Of a stretch of 64,000 nucleotides of DNA, positions 43,339 through 51,495 are shown one piece after another. The stretch lies in contig JAXGZN010000002.1 of the NCBI GenBank assembly GCA_040776945.1, forward strand, positions 320,001 through 384,000, written 5' to 3'. Source of the stretch: Methanomassiliicoccaceae archaeon (lineage in GTDB: Archaea > Thermoplasmatota > Thermoplasmata > Methanomassiliicoccales > Methanomassiliicoccaceae). A program made the position numbers and the translations under genes. Numbering within the stretch: position 1 is the stretch's first letter; the number at the start of each line of letters is the position of its first letter. The notes below the pieces were generated by a model. That model was given only the letters and a program-made list of their open reading frames with translations, made no database searches and was not told the origin of the DNA.

Positions 43339-44976
43339 TCACGCCTCTCCGCTCTCACCGGCCCTAAGTATCTTGATCTTCATCACATGCTCCGGGCATA
43401 CCAGCTCGCAGCGCTTGCACGCCGTCCCCAAGCATAGGTCGGACCGGACCCTGACGCGGGGCACATCGCCGTCGACGATGACCAGGGCCTTCTCGGGGCA
43501 GGACGCCTCGCACTTGCGGCACAGGATGCATCCATCGAGCTTTCCGGTGAGCACGGTACCCGGGTCCCGGAGCACGGTGATCCCCAGCTCCCCGAGGTCG
43601 GGGATGTCCCGGCTGACCTTCCTCTCGACCATGGCCTCCACCGGCTCAAGCCGCAGATGCGGCAGCGAATAGATGTCCAGCATGTCATTGTACGACGCCA
43701 TCGGCATGCCGTAGGACCACAGGGAAAGCTCGATGGAGTAGAGGTTCTTGAAGGTCTCCGAGGTCGCGAACATGCAGTGGGTCGCCCGGAGCTTCTTCGC
43801 GAACTCTCTCAGCTCGTCCAGGTCCTTTCTCCCGGTGGTGATGTCGCGGGCCATGGCCAGGGATGTGTTCCCATACTGAATTATCCTGGTCGAGCCCGGC
43901 GACACCATCCCCACCCGCTGGGCCTTCCCGGCGTCGACGTACAGCCCGGACGCGCCGGACATGAACGAGGTCGGCACGTCGTCCACCCATATGCCCGCTT
44001 CCCTCATCAGCGTGAGGTAGCCGGAGCGCAGGGCGCCGATGGCCTTCCCTGCCTCGGCCACGTCCCCCTCGGTGATGAAAACGCCGTCCTGCAGATGCAC
44101 CCTTGCGTCCGGCGTGGTGATGCGGGGCAGCCGGACGAGCCCGCTCCGCAATCCGCAGTCCAGGGCCGCCACCACCCCGGTACCGGTGATGCCCTTGGCC
44201 CGGCTGTGCATCTCCCCTCTCGCCTTCAGACCTCCGTTCTCCGGTGCGATCACGTCGCCCCGCCTAGCCTCGTAACCCTCGTCGAGGACCCAGCACTCCC
44301 AGCCGTCCTCGGTGATGTTGGCGTCCGAAATCGTCCCCGGAGCGGCTAGCATGCCCATCTCGATTTGCTGCCCCTCCAGAGCCGGCCCGGCGGCGGCCGA
44401 GCCCGAATAGATCTCGCCGTCCTTGATCAGCGCCATCTCCGCGTTGGTGCCATAGTCGATGACCAGGCACGGCTCCTCCTGCTCCAACGCCCCAGTCATG
44501 AGCAGCATCGCCAGAGCGTCCGCTCCGATCTCGTGCCCGACCGCCGGAGGTATGATCACCGAGGCGTCGCCTATCAGCCCCAGGCCGAGCTCGGCGGCGC
44601 CCACGATATCACCGTCCCTCTTAGGAGGGACGACCTTGAGCGTCTCTAGCATCCGCTTTCCGGCGTACGCCAGGTCACGGATCTCTATCTTCTGGAAGAG
44701 CGAGAGCTGGAACGGGTTCCCGCATACCCCTAAGGTGGTGACCTTTCCCAGATCGACCTTCAGGAGAGGGAACAGCCTGGAGACCGTATCGATGATGAGC
44801 CGGTTCGCCTCGTCCTCGCCCGCGTCAATGGCGAAGTTGATGTGGTCGATGACGTTCGAGCCGGGAATGGGATGCCTCGAGGTTATGGCGGTGGAGATGG
44901 TCCTGCCGTCAGCTAGGTCGATGGCCTGTGCCCGGAACCCGCTGGTCCCCAGGTCGAGAGCGATCCCCAGCGGCAT
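43339..44976 (-). CDS. ramA: Methylamine corrinoid protein reductive activase
   Basis: LDLGTSGFR, DYGTNAE and SAAAGPALEGQ motifs plus a C-terminal 2x[4Fe-4S] domain (CILCRKCEASCP, CLGTACKRCELVCP); TGATG overlap with pylD. Confidence 0.93.
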   Translation of the reverse strand: MPLGIALDLGTSGFRAQAIDLADGRTISTAITSRHPIPGSNVIDHINFAIDAGEDEANRLIIDTVSRLFPLLKVDLGKVTTLGVCGNPFQLSLFQKIEIRDLAYAGKRMLETLKVVPPKRDGDIVGAAELGLGLIGDASVIIPPAVGHEIGADALAMLLMTGALEQEEPCLVIDYGTNAEMALIKDGEIYSGSAAAGPALEGQQIEMGMLAAPGTISDANITEDGWECWVLDEGYEARRGDVIAPENGGLKARGEMHSRAKGITGTGVVAALDCGLRSGLVRLPRITTPDARVHLQDGVFITEGDVAEAGKAIGALRSGYLTLMREAGIWVDDVPTSFMSGASGLYVDAGKAQRVGMVSPGSTRIIQYGNTSLAMARDITTGRKDLDELREFAKKLRATHCMFATSETFKNLYSIELSLWSYGMPMASYNDMLDIYSLPHLRLEPVEAMVERKVSRDIPDLGELGITVLRDPGTVLTGKLDGCILCRKCEASCPEKALVIVDGDVPRVRVRSDLCLGTACKRCELVCPEHVMKIKILRAGESGEA

Positions 44977-45833
44977 CAGATGGCCTCCATCCACACCGCT
45001 CTGCCCTCTAGCAGAGGGGCGCGCGGCAGGGACAGACTGGCGCTCCAAACCGCCATCACCGAAACTCCGATCTGCAGGGGATCGTGCACCAGCGTCGCCA
45101 TCTTGCGGATGCCGATCTCGTCGAAGGAGAAAGGCATCCCCGGGGACGATACCACGCATCCTTGCTGGACCCACTCCCCTGGTATCCTAGCCGGTGAAGC
45201 GTTCAATATGAGGTCGTGACCCTTGACTGCCTCCATCAGGTCATCGCAGACCGTGAACTCCCTGAACTTCGATCTCAGGGCTTCCGCCTTGGAGCGATCG
45301 ACGTCGACCACCGTGACCTTCGCGCCATTCCTCGCCAGCAGCTCGGCCGAACAGCTCCCGACCCGTCCAGCGCCGATCAGCAGGACGTCCCTGCCTCTCA
45401 GGCCGCCGGCGGCCTCCCGCAGGGCGGTGAAGTAGCCAAGAGCGGTGGACCTGATGTTGTTGACGGCCCGCCGGGCCCGGCAATTGATCGCCAGGAACTC
45501 GTTGTCGTCGGCCATGAAGATGAGGTCGGCCCCGGACCCCAGCGCCTCGCCGAGGCCGGCAACGTCGGTCTCCTCGGTGACATATGCCTTCGGCCCAAGG
45601 TGCTCGACGATGGCGCAGACCGATTCCGAGAAGCCCGCGGTCGCGCCGAGGCCAGCGGTGACAGGGACGCACGCGGCCGTAAGGCCCTCCATGTCCAGTT
45701 CGTGGAGGTCTATCCCCACGGAGGTGTAGGCAAGCTCCTTCATGGTCATTCCCAGGGCCCTGGCGAGGGACGAGTCCCGCCCCTGTGAGGAGGATGGCAC
45801 GTCCCTGATCATCTCCGGCGTAAGTCTGGTCAT
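44976..45833 (-). CDS. pylD: Pyrrolysine synthase (dehydrogenase)
   Basis: MTRLT, VPVTAGLG...GFS, FMADD, IGAGRVG and HDPLQIGV motifs; position in the pyl operon. Confidence 0.93.
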   Translation of the reverse strand: MTRLTPEMIRDVPSSSQGRDSSLARALGMTMKELAYTSVGIDLHELDMEGLTAACVPVTAGLGATAGFSESVCAIVEHLGPKAYVTEETDVAGLGEALGSGADLIFMADDNEFLAINCRARRAVNNIRSTALGYFTALREAAGGLRGRDVLLIGAGRVGSCSAELLARNGAKVTVVDVDRSKAEALRSKFREFTVCDDLMEAVKGHDLILNASPARIPGEWVQQGCVVSSPGMPFSFDEIGIRKMATLVHDPLQIGVSVMAVWSASLSLPRAPLLEGRAVWMEAI

Positions 45834-46987
45834 CAGATAACCTCCTCTGAACCCTCGAGACCCTCGGCGCGCGCGATCTCCCGGATGCACCTGGTCCTCT
45901 TCTCCCTGACGAGCTCAGAAGTGCTGCCGGAGAACATCAGCGTCCCCCTCCAGCTCCTTGCTCCGGGCCTGTGATCGGTCATCGCGTCATCAGCGCCGAA
46001 AAGGCCAGGAGCTATCCTGGGGGATCGGACCTCGGCGAACCCCCTCTCTCCGCACGACCGCATGCGGCCATCGTCGGCGGCGATGTGCTCGTAGACCGAC
46101 GCGCCCTGCCTGACGGGGCCGGCATCCTCCAAGCGGCCATGGACCAGCGCTCCCACCAGCCGCTCCAGGAGATTGACTCCGGTAGCGTGGTATACCGCCG
46201 CGGGGGTCTGGCTGGGGATCCGCGCGTCGATCTCCAGCACCTTTGGGACGCCGCCGCACACGATGGCCTCAACGTCCATGATGCCCCGGAGCCCCATCCC
46301 TTCCGCGATCTTCCTCGCGATGCCGGCGAAGGCAGCCTCGACCGAAGGTTCCAGCCCCTCAGGGGGGCAGCGGACCATGCGGCAGTCGTACCCTGCGTCC
46401 AGAACAACCTCGGTGATCACCATGGGCACCGCCCGAGCTCCGTCCCCGATGACCTCGATGGAGATGTTCGGCCCTTCCACGAACTCCTGGACTATGGGCT
46501 CCTCACCCAGCGCCCTGACCGCCTCAATGCCCATCTCCAGCTCCTCCGGCCCGCTCGCCTTCGCCACCCCTACGCTCCCGCTCTGCCCGGAGGGCTTCAC
46601 CACCACGGGGAAGCCGCAGTTCGGCCAGGGTGACGGAACAGGGACCCCCATCCGCTCGAACAGCTGATTGGAGTGCAGCTTGGACGACGAGATCTCGTAG
46701 GCCCTCATATCGAAGAGAAGGGGCGTTTCCAGCTCTCGGAACATATCGCTCAGGCATATGAGCGCAGCGTAGTTTTCGTTGGCCGGGAGGACGGCATCGC
46801 AATCCTCCAGGACCTTGGCCGCCCGTCCGCGTTCCAAGGTCACGTCCAGAACGACAGCCTCGTCCGCCAGCGACAGAGCGGGGGCGTCCGTTCGGCGGTC
46901 CACCACGAGGGTCTCATAGCCCGCCTTCCGGGCCAGATAGGCGGCTTCCATCCCCTGCAGGGCCCCTCCCACGATGCCAAGCTTCAT
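45833..46987 (-). CDS. pylC: 3-methylornithine--L-lysine ligase (ATP-grasp)
   Basis: GGALQGMEAAYLA, VKPSGQSGSVGV and LEIDARIPSQTP motifs. Confidence 0.95.
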   Translation of the reverse strand: MKLGIVGGALQGMEAAYLARKAGYETLVVDRRTDAPALSLADEAVVLDVTLERGRAAKVLEDCDAVLPANENYAALICLSDMFRELETPLLFDMRAYEISSSKLHSNQLFERMGVPVPSPWPNCGFPVVVKPSGQSGSVGVAKASGPEELEMGIEAVRALGEEPIVQEFVEGPNISIEVIGDGARAVPMVITEVVLDAGYDCRMVRCPPEGLEPSVEAAFAGIARKIAEGMGLRGIMDVEAIVCGGVPKVLEIDARIPSQTPAAVYHATGVNLLERLVGALVHGRLEDAGPVRQGASVYEHIAADDGRMRSCGERGFAEVRSPRIAPGLFGADDAMTDHRPGARSWRGTLMFSGSTSELVREKRTRCIREIARAEGLEGSEEVI

Positions 46988-48087
46988 GTCCTGACCCCCC
47001 TGTCCGCGGCCTTCCAGTTCTCTACCAGCGACGAGTAGGCGGAAGGCATCGCCATCCTGAGACCCAAGCCGTCCAGGATCTCCTCTACCTGAGGGACCGT
47101 CCGTCCGCCGGCCTCGATATCTAGGTCATGCTGCGCCACCCCGGCCAGACCGTGGCTGGGAGGTATTATCGAAGTGATGACATTGGCCCCCGCCACCAGC
47201 CTGGACCGTAGGCCGCCGATCCCCTCAACGTCCAGGCTCGCCGGTATCAGCCGGTCGGGGTACATCAACCTCATTATCGCTATGGCTGTCAGCTCATCTC
47301 GGAACAGGGCATGGTCGCGCTCGGCCATGGGCGTATTGCTCTGGGGAACGAACCCCATCGCCCTCACCTGCCGGACGCCCAGCTCGCCCATGATCTGGAC
47401 CGATCTTGCTCGATCGGCCGCGGTCTCCCCCACGCCGACCATGATCCCCTCCTCGGCCAGCATCCCGGAGTTCATCGCCCATTTCTTCTGGGCGAGCCTC
47501 GTGTCATAATCCTGCCCCGGCCGGAGGAAGGAGAACAGGGCGCGGTTATGTGTTTCCTGGTAGCAGGCGAACCAGTCCCCTCCGGCCTGCCTGAGCCTGG
47601 GGAACACCTCCTGGGGGACAACGCCCGGAGAGACCATCAGGGGAACCTCGACCGCATCGTTCACCCTCTGCACAAGGTCCACGAGATTGGAGCAATCGCC
47701 CCCCTGGTGCATATGAGGGTCCTCCCCCATGGTGAGGTCGACCAGATGCACCCCGGAGTCCTCAAGGGCGGTGGACAGGTCAATGATCTCCTCCAGGGTC
47801 TTGCGGTACCTTACGCTATGGTGGTTCGTGCTGCGATAGAAGCAGAACGAGCAGTTGTTGCGGCAGTAGGTCGAGAAGTACACGAACCCGTAGCAGAACA
47901 CCGCACTGCCGAAGTGCCTCTCCTTGACCTCCCTGGCCGCAGCGAACAGGTCGTCCAGCAGGGTCTGGTCCTTGATCGAGAAGAGAACCTCAAGGTCCTC
48001 TGCAGACGCTTTCGACCCATTCTTCAGACCGGATATCAATTCCTGCGCGCGGCAGGCGTCCGGTGAGCTCCGCCCCCTATATGTCAA
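46984..48087 (-). CDS. pylB: 3-methylornithine synthase (radical SAM)
   Basis: YGFVYFSTYCRNNCSFC, LTMGED, YQETHN, IPASLDVEG and GANVITSIIP motifs. No ATG near the start: TTG 48087 (overlapping the pylS end) or TTG 48039. Confidence 0.93.
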   Translation of the reverse strand: MTYRGRSSPDACRAQELISGLKNGSKASAEDLEVLFSIKDQTLLDDLFAAAREVKERHFGSAVFCYGFVYFSTYCRNNCSFCFYRSTNHHSVRYRKTLEEIIDLSTALEDSGVHLVDLTMGEDPHMHQGGDCSNLVDLVQRVNDAVEVPLMVSPGVVPQEVFPRLRQAGGDWFACYQETHNRALFSFLRPGQDYDTRLAQKKWAMNSGMLAEEGIMVGVGETAADRARSVQIMGELGVRQVRAMGFVPQSNTPMAERDHALFRDELTAIAIMRLMYPDRLIPASLDVEGIGGLRSRLVAGANVITSIIPPSHGLAGVAQHDLDIEAGGRTVPQVEEILDGLGLRMAMPSAYSSLVENWKAADRGVRT

Positions 48088-48904
48088 GGCGGGCCCCCCG
48101 CAAGTACATGAGGCTTCGCCCAACCTTCTTGATGTTGCTAGCTCCGGTCTTCACCATGAGCAGGCGTTCCAGTCCATAACCGGCTCCCACCCAGGCATCG
48201 GTAATCCCATGAGCGCCATCGAGCCTGTGGGGCCCACATGCCGCCGAGGCCACCTCGATCCCGTTGACTTCCACGTCCAGAGTGTCGCCGTATACCTCGG
48301 AATCGGTGGTGCACAGTTCGTAGTCCAGACCGACGGTCCTCATTATAAGGTCGATATGCGCCCTAAGGCAGGTCATGGGATCGCCTTCCGGGGCCATCTC
48401 CACCAGGTTGAGCATGGTGAACTCCTCGAGATGGTCTGAGCCGCGGCTCTCCTTCCGATAGCAGGTCCCGATCTCGAACATGCGCAGGGGCATCTTCGCC
48501 GTGCGCTTCAGATGACGCATCAAGAAATACAGGTTCGGGGCGAGCATAGGTCGGAGGCAGCGCCCCTCGTCCAGCCAGAACACCTGGTGATGAAGAGGGT
48601 GCGAATCGTCGATCCCCATCTTGGACAGCGCTCTTGAGGAGATTATGGTCGGGGTCCTGACCTCGAGGAAACCGTTGCTGATGAGAGCATGAGCGAGGAC
48701 CTCCTCCAAGTGGGCCAATCGGTCCCGCTCGGGCCGTTTCTGAACATACCTTATCTCCTTCCGGTTGGCGGCCTGGTGATGCGCAACCTCAACAGCGAAC
48801 GCCTCATCCCGTTCCTCGCTGGTCTCGAACCTCTTGATCACATCAGGGGTCCCGCCGAGCTCCCTCAGCCTCTGCTTCTGAGATGACGTCCACTCAATGG
48901 CCAT
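48077..48904 (-). CDS. pylS: Pyrrolysyl-tRNA synthetase lacking the N-terminal domain
   Basis: 275 aa; QKQRLREL, LRPMLAPNLY, YRKESRGSDHLEEFTMLN and GAGYGLERL motifs; ends in TAG. Confidence 0.97.
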   Translation of the reverse strand: MAIEWTSSQKQRLRELGGTPDVIKRFETSEERDEAFAVEVAHHQAANRKEIRYVQKRPERDRLAHLEEVLAHALISNGFLEVRTPTIISSRALSKMGIDDSHPLHHQVFWLDEGRCLRPMLAPNLYFLMRHLKRTAKMPLRMFEIGTCYRKESRGSDHLEEFTMLNLVEMAPEGDPMTCLRAHIDLIMRTVGLDYELCTTDSEVYGDTLDVEVNGIEVASAACGPHRLDGAHGITDAWVGAGYGLERLLMVKTGASNIKKVGRSLMYLRGARLDI

Positions 48905-48946
48905 TGGAATCCCCCCTGTAAGGGCTGAATGATAATGGCAAATTTA

Positions 48947-49018
48947 TGGCGAAGTGCCCGGGAGTCGAACCCGGCTGCCGCGGCTGTAGAGGCCTGGTGG
49001 TCGCCGGACCAACACTCC
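48947..49018 (-). tRNA. pylT: tRNA-Pyl (anticodon CUA)
   Basis: GGAGTGT T GGTC CGGC GACC A CCAGGC CT CTA CA GCCGCGG CAG CCGGG TTCGACT CCCGG GCACTTC G CCA: folds as a cloverleaf with a 4-nt D loop, 3-nt variable loop, G discriminator and encoded CCA. Confidence 0.97.
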
Positions 49019-49199
49019 ATCCATTACGAAGCATGTGCAGTATGTCCGCCTTTGGATAGATATCAGGAGATTTATCACTTGTCAAGAACAGGGAACGCAG
49101 ATAGGCTCGTCCGGCGTTCGGCCTCGAAGATCCCTCAGTACCCGGAGCGGATTGAGAAATGGCCTTATACCTCTCGTTTTTCATCTGTTCCCCATTTTG

Positions 49200-49400
49200 A
49201 AGAATGTGAATGATAATATAAAGACTTTTTGCCTTATCGTTGGCCATCAAAATAATACATATTTAAAATTATCTTTTTTTCCTTTTATATGGCATTAAAA
49301 TGTTATATAAAGTTTGTTACTCGATACTATTGTTTTATATACATAATTAGCAATAGGTAGGTTAGCCATTAATATTTTGAATAATGGCATATTCGGAGGA
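49200..49400. promoter_or_regulatory. AT-rich divergent promoter region for the pyl operon (-) and mtmC1B1 (+)
   Basis: TATA-like boxes at ~49215-49222 (minus strand TTTATATT preceded by an A-rich BRE-like run), 49303-49311 and 49333-49341 (plus strand). Confidence 0.65.
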
Positions 49401-49406
49401 TACAGA

Positions 49407-50045
49407 ATGAGCAACAAAGCTGAAATACTGGGACGTCTCAAGAAATCCGTAGAGACTTGGGACGTCAAGTTGGCCGAATCGGCGGCAAAAGAGGCTTTGG
49501 CGGCCGGGATCGAGCCGGGAGAGGCTGTGGAGAAGGGCCTTGGAAAGGGCATGGAGACCATCAGCAACCTGTTCGATGACGCCAAGATCTTCCTGCCCCA
49601 GGTTCTGGCCGCGTCCCAGGCCATGGAGAAGGCGCTGAAGATCTTCGAGCCGGCCATGACCAAGGGAAAGTCCGCGCTCAGGGGAACCGTGGTCATCGCC
49701 ACTGTTCTGGGCGACATCCACGAGATCGGGAAGAACGTGGTTGCGGCCATGCTGAAGGGCGCTGGATACAATGTGATCGACCTTGGCAGAGATGTAGCTC
49801 CAGAGAAGTTCGTGGAGGCGGCCAAGGAGAACAATGCCGATGTGGTAGGTGCCTCTGCGCTGATGACCACCACGGTAGTCGTTCAGAAGGACATCGTTGA
49901 AATGCTCAAGGCAGAGAAGGTCAAAGTGAAGACGATCTTCGGAGGCGCTCCTGCCAACGAGGAATGGGTCCAGAGCATCGGCGGGGACAAGTACTGCCCA
50001 TCTGGCGCCGAGGCGGTTGAGATGGTCAACGCTCTAGTGGGGTGA
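49407..50045 (+). CDS. mtmC: Methylamine corrinoid protein 1
   Basis: IFLPQVL, GDIHEIGKN and SALMTTT motifs; GGAGG RBS before ATG 49407. Confidence 0.93.
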   Translation: MSNKAEILGRLKKSVETWDVKLAESAAKEALAAGIEPGEAVEKGLGKGMETISNLFDDAKIFLPQVLAASQAMEKALKIFEPAMTKGKSALRGTVVIATVLGDIHEIGKNVVAAMLKGAGYNVIDLGRDVAPEKFVEAAKENNADVVGASALMTTTVVVQKDIVEMLKAEKVKVKTIFGGAPANEEWVQSIGGDKYCPSGAEAVEMVNALVG

Positions 50046-50051
50046 TATGAA

Positions 50052-51431
50052 ATGGCACTTGCAAGACCACTATCAGTCTTTGATGTGTACGACCGCTTCA
50101 TGAAGGGCAAGAAGGTCACCGAAGCGGAGTGGGACTACCAGATCATACCCACCAACGCGGCGGCGATGAAGAAGAAGTACAACATCAAGTTCGGCAAGGA
50201 AATGATCCCCGAGGACAAGGATCTGAAGAACCGGCTGTTCCAGGCTGGAATGGAGATGCTGGTCACCACCGGGTTCTACAACTCCGATCTCGGCCGTGTC
50301 ATGAACATAACCGAGGAAGAAATCCGGGAAGGGATTAAGAAGACCCCCACCAAGCTTCTCCTGGGAGAGTACCGTGACGCAGCCAGGTTCGAGCCCAGGC
50401 ACGGCAACGACAGGAGAAAACCGATCATCCAGGGAGGGCCGACCGGAGCGCCTGTCTCTGAGGAAGTGTTCGTCCAAGTCATGCAGAGCTACGCCCAGGA
50501 GGCTACTGTAGATACCCTGGTGAACGGCGTCATGGCCACCATCGAAGGCCACAGCGCTACCACCAACACTCCATGGGAGATCAAGGCGGAGCTCGCAGAG
50601 CTCAGGGCAGTGAGGGAGGCCAGAATAAGGGCCGGACGACCATACATGGCCATATAGGGACCTGAGACACCGCTGTCCGCAGCGGGGCGTCTCGCTACGA
50701 ACCTTCTTGGCGGGCTGAGGCCTTGTGACTCCCACGAGTGCTCGCAGCTCAATGAACTAAAGATAGACATGGCAGCCCTCAACATGCTTTCCGGATGGAT
50801 CCTCAACGGGGATACCATCATGATCGAGCAGATGCCGATCTTCGGGGGGTACTGCGGAGGGGTCGAGGAAACTGCCATCTGCGATGTGGCCACCCACCTG
50901 GCGTCGTTCACCCTGTTCAACGGGAACTTCCACCTGGACGGTCCGATCCACATCCGCTGGGGCATCACCACTTCTCGGGAGACGCTGCAGATCGCCGGCC
51001 ACGTGGCCGCCGCGGTCGATGCGAACACCGACCTGTTGATCGCCAACCAGTACTACCCCATATCGGGTCCCTGCACCGAGATGTGTCTACTCGAGACGGC
51101 CGCTCAGGCCATGGTGGACACTGCCTCCGGTCGGGAACTGCTGTCCGGGTCCGCGGCCGCCAAGGGCGTGGCCATGGACAAGACCACCGGTATGGAAGCC
51201 AGGATCATGGGCGAAGCTTCGATTGCGACCTGTGGCATGAAGATCTCCGACGTCAACGAGATACTCGAGAAGCTGGTCAGCTCCTACGAGGGCAACTACC
51301 ACAAGCCTCCTGCCGGCAAGCGCTTCCAGGAGTGCTATGACGTCAATACCGTCAAGCCCACCGACGAGTACCTGAAGGTCTACGACAACGTTGTCAAGAC
51401 CCTGAGGGACCTCGGCCTAGCGATCAAGTGA
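50052..51431 (+). CDS. mtmB: Monomethylamine:corrinoid methyltransferase 1 (Pyl202, TAG 50655-50657)
   Basis: In-frame TAG at codon 202, the same position as Pyl202 of Methanosarcina MtmB; GPE, SHE, IEQMP and NQYY motifs follow. Confidence 0.96.
50664..50693 (+). promoter_or_regulatory. Candidate Pyl-insertion stem-loop downstream of mtmB1 UAG
   Basis: GAGAC/GTCTC and CCGCTG/CAGCGG stems with a UCCG loop, starting 6 nt after UAG. Confidence 0.6.
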
Positions 51432-51450
51432 GCCTAGGGCTCCAGAAACC

Positions 51451-51468
51451 TTTTTTCCTTTTATTTTT
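51451..51468 (+). terminator. Oligo-T archaeal terminator-like tract after mtmB1
   Basis: TTTTTTCCTTTTATTTTT about 20 nt after the stop codon. Confidence 0.5.
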
Positions 51469-51495
51469 AACAACTGGACGGCTAACAGGAGGAGA

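Noticed and set aside
50640-50659. Hairpin sequestering the UAG itself (CCATACAT-GGCC-ATATAGGG)
   Set aside because: Only six pairs with two mismatches, too weak to call separately, although it lies inside the conserved 68-nt block.
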